A stretch of DNA of 64,000 nucleotides, taken from the NCBI GenBank assembly GCA_964196115.1, contig CAXMRQ010000035.1:8149-72148 (forward strand). The letters run 5' to 3'. Both the position numbers and the translations under genes were made by a program. The stretch comes from an uncultured Gammaproteobacteria bacterium (GTDB lineage Bacteria; Pseudomonadota; Gammaproteobacteria; GCA-001735895). The notes beneath the pieces are model-generated. The model saw only the letters and a list, made by a program, of their open reading frames with translations, had not been told where the DNA came from and ran no database searches. This document shows, piece after piece, positions 10,346 to 20,298 of this stretch; position 1 is the first letter of the stretch, and each line of letters starts with the position of its first letter.

Positions 10346-11614
10346 GGTTTGTTTCTTGTTATGCAGACCGAGCGCTTTCAGCTTGCGATATAAATTGGTT
10401 CGTTCCTGGCCTACGCGTTTCGCCAGCTCAGTTATATTATTTCCACTTAAGGCAAGCTGCCTGGAAAGAAATTCACGCTCAAATGCTTCTCTCGCTTCGC
10501 GTAAATCCATATCGAGATCAATCGTCAATTGCATTGTATTTCTACTACCTGGATGATAGGCACTATCACTCTTTTGCAAAAATTGTCTTATTTCAGTGAG
10601 ATCGATTCTCTCGCTATCACTATGGCCCAGCACCGTTTTTACAAACTCCTTTAATTGCGATATTTCACCGTCCCAGTGGTGATTGCGTAATAGATTCTGG
10701 GCCGCAACACCAAAATGCCGGTAAGGTAACTGTTCTTGTTCACTATACCAGTTAACATAGTATTCAAGTAGTTCAGGAATATCTTCCAGATGCTCATCTA
10801 AAGACGGTATGTGAATCGCTTCCTGCCAAAATTCCGCAAGCGCCGGTAACATCTGCTCATGATTAACCAGCCCCGAATAATCGAAACGACTGGATATAAT
10901 AAATCGATAAGCTGAGTCATTTTCACCATGACGGATGGCATCACATAGCCCCATTTGCTGATCCCTATCCAGCTCAGTTATTTCGTTAATATACAGATTT
11001 GTGCTTAAAGGTATGGAGTGCGAGATTAGGGATAATGGTTCCAGCGATTGCATCGCCACATTGGGATTGGAAAGCGCACTTAGATAGGCTGCCCAGATTT
11101 TACGGCCGCTACCATTAGCACCAGTAAGGAACAGGGCGGAACTAGTATTTTTAAGCGCCTGGATCTTCTGTTTTAGCTGCCGCACCAACTGGCTGGCCCC
11201 CACCGGCTCTTCAATTTTTCGCGGTAATTCGTTCTGTGATGAGCGACCTGTGCTGGTTAGTGCCGCCTTAACAGTACTCAACAGCTTGGCCATGGATAGC
11301 GGTTTTTCGACAAAATCGTATGCACCAAACCGTGTCGCTTCGACCGCCGTTTCTACCGTACCATGTCCAGACATCATCACTACCGGACAATGATCATTAG
11401 CCGAGGATTTCCATTCCTTGAGTAGTGTCACACCATCAATTTCCGGCATCCAGATATCAAGCAATACAAGGTCGGGATTGACGGTTTTGCGAATTTCATT
11501 AGCCGCCCTGGCGTGTTCAGCAATGTCAACAATATAGCCTTCGTCCTCAAGAATATCTTTTAGCAGGAACCTGATGTCTGGTTCGTCGTCAACCACCAGT
11601 ATTCTTGCACTCAT
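10343..11614 (-). CDS. NtrX-like response regulator (REC + degenerate AAA+ + Fis-type HTH)
   Basis: 423 aa. The receiver is ILVVDDEPDIR...DLVLLDIWMPEIDG. The central domain has only degenerate Walker A (GANGSGRK) and Walker B (LYINEI) motifs and no GAFTGA. The C-terminal HTH is NITELAKRVGQERTNLYRKLKALGL. Confidence 0.7.
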   Translation of the reverse strand: MSARILVVDDEPDIRFLLKDILEDEGYIVDIAEHARAANEIRKTVNPDLVLLDIWMPEIDGVTLLKEWKSSANDHCPVVMMSGHGTVETAVEATRFGAYDFVEKPLSMAKLLSTVKAALTSTGRSSQNELPRKIEEPVGASQLVRQLKQKIQALKNTSSALFLTGANGSGRKIWAAYLSALSNPNVAMQSLEPLSLISHSIPLSTNLYINEITELDRDQQMGLCDAIRHGENDSAYRFIISSRFDYSGLVNHEQMLPALAEFWQEAIHIPSLDEHLEDIPELLEYYVNWYSEQEQLPYRHFGVAAQNLLRNHHWDGEISQLKEFVKTVLGHSDSERIDLTEIRQFLQKSDSAYHPGSRNTMQLTIDLDMDLREAREAFEREFLSRQLALSGNNITELAKRVGQERTNLYRKLKALGLHNKKQT

Positions 11615-13857
11615 CGAATTGCCTCGACGCTGTTTTTAGTTTTTTGAGTTATTTTCATATTGTCATCTAGCTGCGAAATAGCCGGTAAGCGCAGGATAAA
11701 ACGGGCCCCTCCCTGCTCAGCTTTTTCGACCCAAACCATACCATTATGCTCGTCTACAATTTTTTTCACGATAGCTAATCCAAGTCCGCTGCCGGAGTTT
11801 TTGGTGGTGACATAGGGCTCGAACAAATTTTCGGCAACTTCATCCGCGATACCTTCGCCACTATCTTCCACAATCAATTCGATATACTCAATTCCATACT
11901 CTCGCAAGCAACGTGTTTGTAGCTTAATCCAGCCCTTGTCATTGATGGTTTCGAGACTGTTTTTAATCAAGTTATGTAATAATTGGCGCAATCGAACCCC
12001 ATCGGCCATTATCATTGTCACTCGCTGGTCAAGCTCAAGCTGAATAGATACTTCGCTATGGTTTTCATCATAGAGGGTGGTGACCTGCTCTATCATTTCG
12101 TTCAAATTTAACGACTCGGGCTTTTGCGAAGGCGACCGGGCGTAGTCTGTAAATGCGTTTACCATCGATTTCATCGCCTCGACCTGTTGCACTATAGTAT
12201 GGGTGTAACGATCCAGCATCTGCTGTTTATCAACTGCGACCTCGCCACTTAATTTACGCTGTAACCGCTCTGCTGATAACTGGATAGGGGTCAATGGGTT
12301 TTTAATTTCGTGCGCCATACGGCGCGCCATTTCACTCCAGGCCGAATCTTTCTGCGCTTGGATCAGCTCGGTTAGATCATCAACCACGACGACCTGTTCT
12401 TTACGGTTTTCGGATTCAGTTTGCGACTGAAGGGTAGCCCCGCGAACGCGCAGGATTTTTCTCCCGCTGTGTCCAAACACAACGACTTCTTCCTGCCAGT
12501 CATTCTCACTTTGTATATGACTTTGAACCGCTTCATAGAATTGTTGCATCATCGGATATTCGCGTACCACATCGTCAATATAAAGCTCGCTGAAAAAATA
12601 AGGTTCGATGCCAAAAATCGTACAGGCCGCAGGATTTCCGCTTTTGATAAATCCGGTCTCATCAATGGTTAACACACCCGAAGTGATATGCTCCATCACC
12701 GATTCCAGGTAATTTTTTTGCATCGCCTCGGCCAATTGACTTTGCTCGGCAATTGCACGCGTACGCGAAATCTTTCGTGTCATAGTATTGAAAGAACGCA
12801 GCAAAAAACCAAGTTCATCATCGCCTGAAACTTCGAGTTGCTTTTCGTAATCGCCTGCAGCTACGGATTTGGTGCCTTCCACCAGATCGTTTATCGGCGA
12901 AACCAGCTTACGCGCCGCAACAAACGCAATCCAGATGGCAGATAACACGCTGAGTAACCAGATCAGCGACAATGCCAGGGTGAAACTGGTTTTTAGCGGG
13001 TTGCGTAGCACGGCCAGTTCTTTATATTTATCAAAGGCGGTCTGCACACTAACGGTTAGTTCGTTTAAATGATCAGTAAACGGAAATAATGCCTGTAGCG
13101 TTTTAGACCTCTCAGTAGCATCGGAGCTTTGCACTAGCACAGCAATACGAATCGAAAGCCCGTAGATCGAATTTTCCTCCAGTCTCAGATAGTGTTTTTC
13201 AGCGTCGAGTTCACCAACGTCGGTCAGTGATAGTGCGCTAGGCAACTCGGTCGAATCGATACCACTTGAGGCAATGATAGACTGGTCGTGATCAATCAGG
13301 GTTAATTCATTTGCACCATGCTGATCGCGCGCGTTATCGAGATAAACAAATATAATTTCATCGTCTAACTCAGAAACTTCAATAGCAATCTGGCGAGTCT
13401 TATTCAGCGCTTCGCGTTTTCTTAAATCAATCGCGCTGCGCCCAAGCTGCAACGAGCCCTCCAGTGCCGTTTCGATGCCGACGTCGAACCAGCTGTCAAT
13501 ACTTCGGTGCAGGAAACTGAGCGAAAAGTAATAAACAATACTAACCGGGATAATGGTCAATAACACAAAAACACCGATCATACGGGCGGTCAAACGCGAA
13601 CCAATGGTCTTCAGACGATACTGGACAATTAGCTTGAAAAGGTTGTATATGATCAATGCCAATAGACCGATCAAGCCGATCACGTTGAAAAAGATCAGCC
13701 AGTTGTAATATTTGCCGAAGGTTGCCGAGTTTGAGGTTGCGTCGCTAATCGAATAGAGAGAAACCACCAGTAGGATTACCAGTGCCAAAATAGAAGCCGA
13801 ATTACGAATCGTACTATTCATAACTCGATTTATCGATTTCCCATAGGTACCAGTCAC
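11611..13857 (-). CDS. NtrY-like sensor histidine kinase (TM-HAMP-PAS-HisKA-HATPase)
   Basis: 748 aa with N-terminal TM helices, a HAMP-like segment (PINDLVEGTKSVAAGDY), a PAS-like region, the H-box MAHEIKNPLTPIQLSAERL, and N/G boxes (HNLIKNS, DSGEGI, GSGLGLAIV). An alternative start is at 13821 (MNSTIRN). Confidence 0.8.
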   Translation of the reverse strand: MTGTYGKSINRVMNSTIRNSASILALVILLVVSLYSISDATSNSATFGKYYNWLIFFNVIGLIGLLALIIYNLFKLIVQYRLKTIGSRLTARMIGVFVLLTIIPVSIVYYFSLSFLHRSIDSWFDVGIETALEGSLQLGRSAIDLRKREALNKTRQIAIEVSELDDEIIFVYLDNARDQHGANELTLIDHDQSIIASSGIDSTELPSALSLTDVGELDAEKHYLRLEENSIYGLSIRIAVLVQSSDATERSKTLQALFPFTDHLNELTVSVQTAFDKYKELAVLRNPLKTSFTLALSLIWLLSVLSAIWIAFVAARKLVSPINDLVEGTKSVAAGDYEKQLEVSGDDELGFLLRSFNTMTRKISRTRAIAEQSQLAEAMQKNYLESVMEHITSGVLTIDETGFIKSGNPAACTIFGIEPYFFSELYIDDVVREYPMMQQFYEAVQSHIQSENDWQEEVVVFGHSGRKILRVRGATLQSQTESENRKEQVVVVDDLTELIQAQKDSAWSEMARRMAHEIKNPLTPIQLSAERLQRKLSGEVAVDKQQMLDRYTHTIVQQVEAMKSMVNAFTDYARSPSQKPESLNLNEMIEQVTTLYDENHSEVSIQLELDQRVTMIMADGVRLRQLLHNLIKNSLETINDKGWIKLQTRCLREYGIEYIELIVEDSGEGIADEVAENLFEPYVTTKNSGSGLGLAIVKKIVDEHNGMVWVEKAEQGGARFILRLPAISQLDDNMKITQKTKNSVEAIR

Positions 13858-14434
13858 TCCTCAGACCCCAGTCATTGTCCCATAAAGAACTTGATTTCAG
13901 GGGGATGGGCAATTCATCGTTATCGATACCCACGCGTATACGGGCGTAAAAACTGCGATCATCACTGATATTATTGATATCCAGCATAGGATAATTATAA
14001 ACCACCTGCAAATAATGCACTGCTTCGCTGAGACTGTCGAAATAGTATCGCTGACCCGCGTTTAAATCAAAAATCGCGTAAGAACTGAGCATCGGTAAAA
14101 AATGCAGCTGGTACTGTTGTTTGAGCGTGATGATCTTCTTATCCAGCCAGTATTTCCTGTCGACAAGTATTTCAACCTGAAACATTAACGGCACCGCAAA
14201 ACCCTGCTCAATAGCAATGCTAATGTATGAAGGAAGATTTATTGAAATCTCAGCATTAAGCTCCAACAGGGTTTCGTGTAACAAGAAATTGGCACTTTTC
14301 ACCCGAAAGGCATCGCCATCCTCTGCGGCAGAGAGTGGCATCAACAAGATCAATATTGTCAGGCTACTAATTTGCACTATGCGGGCGCTATAGCCAAACA
14401 CAATCGGAATTGCACTATATAAAAAAACTTTCAT
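13814..14434 (-). CDS. Secreted hypothetical protein, DUF4390-like by context
   Basis: 206 aa with an N-terminal hydrophobic signal-like segment. The position between rsmB and an NtrY-like kinase is where DUF4390 proteins are commonly annotated. Family assignment is from memory of that synteny only. Confidence 0.4.
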   Translation of the reverse strand: MKVFLYSAIPIVFGYSARIVQISSLTILILLMPLSAAEDGDAFRVKSANFLLHETLLELNAEISINLPSYISIAIEQGFAVPLMFQVEILVDRKYWLDKKIITLKQQYQLHFLPMLSSYAIFDLNAGQRYYFDSLSEAVHYLQVVYNYPMLDINNISDDRSFYARIRVGIDNDELPIPLKSSSLWDNDWGLRSDWYLWEIDKSSYE

Positions 14435-14440
14435 TTACGA

Positions 14441-15763
14441 TCAGGTATCGTCGGTCGTTACTTTTTGTAAACAGGCGTAGAAAAATCCGTCCATACTATG
14501 TTGTCCAGTCAGTATCTGACGCCCAAATGGGCGTTCTTCGCCCCATTGTACCGATTTGAGTAGTTTCTCCGCACAATTTTCATGGTTTTTGACAAACCAT
14601 TCAATTTGCCGTTCATTTTCGTCTTTAAAAATCGAGCAGGTGCTGTATAGCAACAAGCCACCGGAATTAAGCAAATCCCATAATGCACTGAGAATATTCC
14701 TCTGCTGCTCTACTAGCTGCTTAATATCACTAGCCCGGCGTAATAATTTAATGTCTGGATGGCGCCTGATTACACCGCTGCCCGAACAGGGAACATCTGC
14801 CAGTATGCGATCAAACTTTTTGCCTTCGAACCAGTCTGCCGGACACTGCGCATCACCACAAACAATCTGTACGGACCGCCCAATGCGAGTTAAATTCTGT
14901 TCGATCCTTTGCAGTCGGTGGGCGTCAATATCCAGCGCGACTAAATCAAGATCATCACTATATTGTAGCAAGTGCGCCGTTTTTCCTCCCGGGGCAGCAC
15001 AGGCGTCCAGCACTCGCATGCCCGGTTTACAACTTAGTATAGGCGCGGCTAACTGCGCGGCAGCATCCTGTACGCTAACCAGTCCGGAATTAAAAACATC
15101 GAGATCGGTTACGTCGCGGGGCTTTTCGAGGCTAACCGCCGATTCGACTACATCGTGCTGGCTAGCTTTAATGCCCTGTTCCAGTAAGTGCTGCAAAATA
15201 ACCCCCGTTGAGCTTCTTCGCAAGTCCACCCGCAGGGTTAAAGCTGCCCGATTATTTCCAGCTTGCGCAATATCCTGATAGTTTTGCGGCCAGTCCTCGG
15301 TGATTTTTTGCTGCATCCATTGCGGATAGGAAATCATATGGTGAGTAGCAGTAATATCGACACCATCCCTGATCACCTGCCGCAAGACTGCATTGACAAG
15401 ACCTTTCGCCCAATCTTTTTTAACCCTTCGAACCAGCTTAACGGATTCATTCACCGCCGCATGATCGTCGATACGCATGAATAGAATTTGATACAGGCCC
15501 AGGCTTAGAATTATTTCAAGATCCAGATCTTTTGCTTTGAATGGTTTACGCAGATATGGCTTTATTATCGCCTGCAGCGCCAAAAACCATCGACAACAAC
15601 CCCTGACTAACTCCTGGTACAGCGACAAGTCACGTTGGTCGCCATTCTGGTTATTAGATAATACGACTTCGCTCGCCGTATCGAGTGATTTGCCATCAGA
15701 TAAGACCATTAATAAAGTTTTAACAGCAAACCATCGGGGGCAGGAAGGTCTATCCTTGGTCAA
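14441..15763 (-). CDS. rsmB: 16S rRNA (cytosine967-C5)-methyltransferase
   Basis: 440 aa. NusB-like N-terminal domain plus the SAM-MTase motifs DACAAPGGKT, DVPCSGSG and TCS. Confidence 0.9.
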   Translation of the reverse strand: MTKDRPSCPRWFAVKTLLMVLSDGKSLDTASEVVLSNNQNGDQRDLSLYQELVRGCCRWFLALQAIIKPYLRKPFKAKDLDLEIILSLGLYQILFMRIDDHAAVNESVKLVRRVKKDWAKGLVNAVLRQVIRDGVDITATHHMISYPQWMQQKITEDWPQNYQDIAQAGNNRAALTLRVDLRRSSTGVILQHLLEQGIKASQHDVVESAVSLEKPRDVTDLDVFNSGLVSVQDAAAQLAAPILSCKPGMRVLDACAAPGGKTAHLLQYSDDLDLVALDIDAHRLQRIEQNLTRIGRSVQIVCGDAQCPADWFEGKKFDRILADVPCSGSGVIRRHPDIKLLRRASDIKQLVEQQRNILSALWDLLNSGGLLLYSTCSIFKDENERQIEWFVKNHENCAEKLLKSVQWGEERPFGRQILTGQHSMDGFFYACLQKVTTDDT

Positions 15764-16685
15764 AATGCATGCCAGTCAAATTTTTTGCATTTAAAGCCTC
15801 TGCCGCGGTCAGGCGCTTTTTACCCGCAAACTGTAATTCACTGATTCGTAGCACTGAATCCCTGCAGCTCACGTAAACTCCATCTCGATTATGTTCAATA
15901 ATACGTCCGGGTATATCGTATTGGTGGGTGAGATCAATTTCAGCCCGCCACACTCTGAGCATTTTTTCATCCAGATGAGTAAAACTGACCGGCCAGGGAA
16001 CAAAGGCTCTGGTTTCCTGCCGTATTGTCACAGCATTCTTATCCCAGTCAATTTGCGCTTCCGCCTTCTCGAGTCGATGCGCGTAAGTTGCCCCTGCATC
16101 ATCCTGAGGTTGACCGCTCAGTTGGCTCGATTCAATTTGAGTCAGTGTTTGCATTAACAATTCAGCACCGAACTGTTTCAAGTGATCGTGCAAGTCGGCT
16201 GATGTCCATTCAGGGGAAATTGGCAATCTTATAGCAGCCAGCATATCACCCGTATCGAGCCCTTCATCCATTTGCATAATGGTAATTCCCGATGTTTTAT
16301 CGGCGGCCAAAATGGCTCGCTGTATCGGTGCAGCACCCCGCCATCTGGGTAGCAAAGAAGCATGAATATTGACACATCCAAAGCGTGGTGTATCGAGGAC
16401 CGGGACGGGCAGTAACAGTCCGTAGGCTGCAACCACCATTAAATCAGGTTTGAAAGCTGCAAGGCGCGTCTGCTCTGAAGTGTCTTTTAAAGACTGCGGT
16501 TGAATGACCAGGATATCATTCGCCAGCGCACAATCCTTAACTGGGCTTTGCATTAGCTTACGGCCACGGCCAGCAGGTCGGTCGGGCTGGGTATAAACCG
16601 CGACCACTTCGTGCTCAGATCGCAATAGCATCTCGAGGGCCGGAACTGCAAATTCCGGAGTGCCCGCAAAAATAATTTTTAACAT
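15750..16685 (-). CDS. fmt: Methionyl-tRNA formyltransferase
   Basis: 311 aa. MLKIIFAGTPEFAVP.L..L, QPDRPAGRG, NIHASLLPRWRGAAPIQRAI. Confidence 0.95.
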   Translation of the reverse strand: MLKIIFAGTPEFAVPALEMLLRSEHEVVAVYTQPDRPAGRGRKLMQSPVKDCALANDILVIQPQSLKDTSEQTRLAAFKPDLMVVAAYGLLLPVPVLDTPRFGCVNIHASLLPRWRGAAPIQRAILAADKTSGITIMQMDEGLDTGDMLAAIRLPISPEWTSADLHDHLKQFGAELLMQTLTQIESSQLSGQPQDDAGATYAHRLEKAEAQIDWDKNAVTIRQETRAFVPWPVSFTHLDEKMLRVWRAEIDLTHQYDIPGRIIEHNRDGVYVSCRDSVLRISELQFAGKKRLTAAEALNAKNLTGMHFDQG

Positions 16686-16709
16686 TGTGTCTGGGGGATT
16701 CCTTATGGG

Positions 16710-17219
16710 TTAGCTCAATGTTCCTTGTTTTTTTTGTTTTACCAGTTTTTTACGAATCCGGTCTCGCTTCAAGGTGGATATATAATCAACAAACAACTTT
16801 CCCTCTAAATGATCCATTTCATGCTGGATACAGACGGCTTCAATTCCTTCCGAATCGAATTCAATGAATTGTCCATCTGTGTCCTGGGCTTTAACACGAA
16901 TATGTTCCGCGCGGATCACTGCTTCGTAAAATCCGGGTACCGAGAGACAGCCTTCATCGGACTCTTCCTCACCATCGGCCTCTAATATCTCCGGGTTAAT
17001 CAGGCATCTCGGCTGATTACGTTGCTCCGACACATCCATTACTAATAGACGTAAATGCTGGTCAACCTGGGTTGCCGCCAATCCTATGCCCGGCGCCTCG
17101 TACATTGTTTCAAACATATCACTGACCAGTTTTTTCAGTTTAGCGTCGAATTCTGAGACCGGCCCTGCAACCGTGCGAAGTTTTGGGTCTGGAAAATGTA
17201 AAATATTTAATAAAGCCAT
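16710..17219 (-). CDS. def: Peptide deformylase
   Basis: 169 aa with the three PDF motifs [17 protein letters not shown] and QHEMDHL. Confidence 0.95.
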   Translation of the reverse strand: MALLNILHFPDPKLRTVAGPVSEFDAKLKKLVSDMFETMYEAPGIGLAATQVDQHLRLLVMDVSEQRNQPRCLINPEILEADGEEESDEGCLSVPGFYEAVIRAEHIRVKAQDTDGQFIEFDSEGIEAVCIQHEMDHLEGKLFVDYISTLKRDRIRKKLVKQKKQGTLS

Positions 17220-17357
17220 GTTTTAGAACTTCAAGAAGTTTATAAATAGTTGTTCCAAGTTAATGATTATATTAGAATCTTAGTTATTAAAAAGGTTGTA
17301 GTCGACTAATTTTCAGCTACAATCCAGTTACTAATACCGCATAATTTAGAGTTATTT

Positions 17358-18548
17358 ATGTCTAACAACACAAATAGACAGCTAATGAAAGGAATGATTC
17401 TGTTCTCAGGTTTGTTGCTATTAAGCGCCTGTGCTAGTTCTGACCAGCCATTTGCAGTCGTGGAAGAACCTGTATCAGCTGCCGATATCCAAACCGTAGA
17501 GGCAGTAATCCCTGAGCCGGTATCTCCTGAGTCAATTACCTACGAACCAGAGTACCCACAAACCTATATTGTACAAAAAGGTGACACATTATGGGATATT
17601 TCCTCGGTATTTTTACGTGATCCATGGCATTGGCCTGAAATCTGGTTCAAAAACCCGCAGGTTGAGAACCCCCACCTGATTTATCCAGGTGACGTCCTGG
17701 CCATTATCTATATTGGTGGGCAGAAATTCGTACAAATAGTACGACGTGGCGACGATGGTCAAGTTCTGTCTACTGGCGGTAGCTCAGGCTCAGGTATGAA
17801 GATAATAAAACTTTCGCCCAGAGTTCGCTCCCAATCTATCGACGCGAGTATACCATCGATTCCGATCGACTCGATACGGCATCTATTATCTCGCCCGTTA
17901 ATCATCGATGAAGATGAACTGAATAAAGCGGCCTACGTTTTATCCAGTCAGGACTCGCATTTGATTAACAGCGTAGACGATAAGCTCTATGTGAGAAAAC
18001 TCGATACTACTTCGGGTAATGGTCGTTATCAGATTTTCCGGCCTAATAAACCACTTTATGACCCTCTGACCGAAGAATTACTTGGATACGAAGCCATTTA
18101 TGTGGGTGATACCAAGTTATTACTAGGCGGCGATCCGGCGACCGTGCGTGTTACTGATTCTGTGCGCGAAATTTTGCGCGACGACCGTGTTTTGCCGATA
18201 GACAACACCAATTTTGCGCGTGACTTTTTTCCAAAACCACCGACCATAGAAGTCAGAGGTGAAGTTATCTCGCTACTCGATGCGATTTCCATGATAGGTA
18301 AGTTTCAAACCATCGCGATCAACCTGGGTTCACGCGATGGTGTCGAAACGGGTAATTTGCTGGAAATAAGACGCCTGGGTGAAGTCATACCGGATAATTC
18401 CGAAGAGGATCCTACTTTCCGGGTGAAATTGCCCGACGAACGAGTTGGTATGGCTATGATAATCCGCTCATTCGAAAAAATGAGCTATGCGCTGGTAATG
18501 GAAGCCGACCGCCCCGTGGTCGTTACCGACTACCTCCAAACTCCCTAG
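17358..18548 (+). CDS. LysM-domain periplasmic lipoprotein (TsaP/PA0020-like position)
   Basis: 396 aa. The lipobox-like LLLLSACAS is followed by a LysM motif (YIVQKGDTLWDISSVFLRDPWHWPEIW..N....NPHLIYPGDVL). It is divergent from def and upstream of dprA, as in pseudomonads. Confidence 0.75.
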   Translation: MSNNTNRQLMKGMILFSGLLLLSACASSDQPFAVVEEPVSAADIQTVEAVIPEPVSPESITYEPEYPQTYIVQKGDTLWDISSVFLRDPWHWPEIWFKNPQVENPHLIYPGDVLAIIYIGGQKFVQIVRRGDDGQVLSTGGSSGSGMKIIKLSPRVRSQSIDASIPSIPIDSIRHLLSRPLIIDEDELNKAAYVLSSQDSHLINSVDDKLYVRKLDTTSGNGRYQIFRPNKPLYDPLTEELLGYEAIYVGDTKLLLGGDPATVRVTDSVREILRDDRVLPIDNTNFARDFFPKPPTIEVRGEVISLLDAISMIGKFQTIAINLGSRDGVETGNLLEIRRLGEVIPDNSEEDPTFRVKLPDERVGMAMIIRSFEKMSYALVMEADRPVVVTDYLQTP

Positions 18549-18566
18549 GAGTCTGTCGGACTTAGG
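18545..18566. repeat. Solo terminal repeat of MITE-like family 2
   Basis: CTAGGAGTCTGTCGGACTTAGG is identical to the left terminus of the 58178-58345 element. No matching right terminus follows. It overlaps the TAG stop of the LysM gene (18546-18548). Confidence 0.65.
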
Positions 18567-18646
18567 AAAATTCTCTAAAGTTGGGCGTAACTGCATTGGT
18601 AATGCTATGATCTAGCTGTATTCCTGACAGCCTTACTGGATTTGAC

Positions 18647-19747
18647 ATGCAAAAGGATCAGCTTGCCAGTTTTCTCACTCTTCATCATATATTCGGTCTT
18701 GGTCGAGTTTCACTTATCAAGCTATGCGAACGCTTCGAAGGGGATTTTAATTATATATTAAACACCAGTCGTAGCGACTTGCTGGCGGCGGGACTGAAAC
18801 AAACACAAATTGAACAGATATCTAATCCCGACCGGGATTTAATTGATCGGGAGCTCGATTGGGCCGAGCAGTCCGATAACCATCTTATCTGCTTTGACGA
18901 GGATGCCTACCCTTCTTTGTTGAAACAGACCGTCGATTTTCCACCATTACTTTACTGCAGCGGCAATACCGAATTACTCAAGCACCCGCAAATTGCGATT
19001 GTAGGAAGCCGTAATTGCACAGCTGGTGGTGCCAAAACTGCGATGGAATTCGCCAGTTTTCTGGCCAATTCCGGGCTAACCATCACTAGCGGTATGGCGA
19101 CCGGTATCGATACTCAGGCACACAAAGGAGCTCTGTCCTGCGGCGGCAATACTATAGCAGTTGCCGGTACCGGGCTTGATCGTATTTACCCGTCGAGTAA
19201 TCGGCAAATGGCATACGATATTCACGAAAAGGGTTTGTTAGTCACAGAGTTCCCGCTCGGCACCGGCCCACGGAGCGAAAACTTCCCGCGACGTAATCGC
19301 ATCATTAGCGGATTATCTGTAGCCACGCTGGTAGTGGAGGCTACACATCGCAGCGGTTCACTGATTACAGCCCATCAAGCGCTAGAGCAGGGGCGCGAAG
19401 TGTTTGCCATTCCCGGGTCTATTCACAACCCGCAGGCCAGAGGATGCCATCAGTTGATCCGGGAAGGCGCCAAACTAGTCGACCAGGCTGCGGATATTAT
19501 TGACGAACTTGGCAGTTTGCTGGGGTTTATAGCAGAACCACAGCAGCCACCAGTCCATAGTAATGATAGCCAGCTAGACCCCGAGACTATTCATTTACTC
19601 GATGCAATTGGTTACGATCCGGTGTCTCCCGACACACTGGTTGAACGTAGTGGCTTGACCATCGACAAGCTTTCATCCATGCTATTATTACTTGAACTAA
19701 ACAATCGAATTCAAACGGCACCTGGCGGCTGCTTCGTCAGGACTTAA
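18647..19747 (+). CDS. dprA: DNA-processing protein DprA (Smf)
   Basis: 366 aa. IAIVGSR.CT..G, GMA.GID..AH.GAL, VFAIPGSI.NP...G.HQLIREGAKLV. Confidence 0.9.
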   Translation: MQKDQLASFLTLHHIFGLGRVSLIKLCERFEGDFNYILNTSRSDLLAAGLKQTQIEQISNPDRDLIDRELDWAEQSDNHLICFDEDAYPSLLKQTVDFPPLLYCSGNTELLKHPQIAIVGSRNCTAGGAKTAMEFASFLANSGLTITSGMATGIDTQAHKGALSCGGNTIAVAGTGLDRIYPSSNRQMAYDIHEKGLLVTEFPLGTGPRSENFPRRNRIISGLSVATLVVEATHRSGSLITAHQALEQGREVFAIPGSIHNPQARGCHQLIREGAKLVDQAADIIDELGSLLGFIAEPQQPPVHSNDSQLDPETIHLLDAIGYDPVSPDTLVERSGLTIDKLSSMLLLLELNNRIQTAPGGCFVRT

Positions 19748-19758
19748 ATGAGGCATAC

Positions 19759-20241
19759 ATGAAAGAAGGCGTAATAGACGTTTTGATGTACATATTCTCC
19801 AGCTATGCAGATCACGATGACAGCCTGCCTGAAGATCGCGATGGCATCGATGAAGACTTGCGTGCAGCGGGTTTCGATAGACTCGAGATCGATAAGGCTT
19901 TCGACTGGCTGGACGGACTTGCGCTGGCTGATGATATCCCGGAAATCAATCAGTCGTCCAGGGCAACGAGAATATTTGCACCCCAGGAGACGCAGCGTCT
20001 GGCTGATAACGCACAGGGATTTTTGCTATTTCTGGAGCAGTCGGGCGTGTTAACGCCACAATTACGTGAACTCGTAATTAACCGGGTTATGGCGTTAGAA
20101 TCAGAATCCGAAGTCGATATTGAAGAACTCAAATGGGTAGTCATGATGGTATTGTTTAACAGTGCCGAGGAACACGATGAAAACACGTTGATGCATTATG
20201 AAGATATCGTATTTGCCGATCAGCCAGCGATTTTTCATTGA
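19759..20241 (+). CDS. smg: Smg protein (DUF494)
   Basis: 160 aa. MKEGVIDVLMYIF..Y...........L...L..AGF....I.KAF.WL is a typical Smg sequence, sitting between dprA and topA. Confidence 0.8.
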   Translation: MKEGVIDVLMYIFSSYADHDDSLPEDRDGIDEDLRAAGFDRLEIDKAFDWLDGLALADDIPEINQSSRATRIFAPQETQRLADNAQGFLLFLEQSGVLTPQLRELVINRVMALESESEVDIEELKWVVMMVLFNSAEEHDENTLMHYEDIVFADQPAIFH

Positions 20242-20298
20242 ATACACCCGCTTCTTTATTGTCACCTGATAATTCCAATTCCTAGACCGTAGTAATTA

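Noticed and set aside
14556-15278. 240-aa + strand ORF
   Set aside because: It lies entirely antisense to rsmB, which has unambiguous methyltransferase motifs. Its serine/cysteine-rich composition is typical of a shadow frame.
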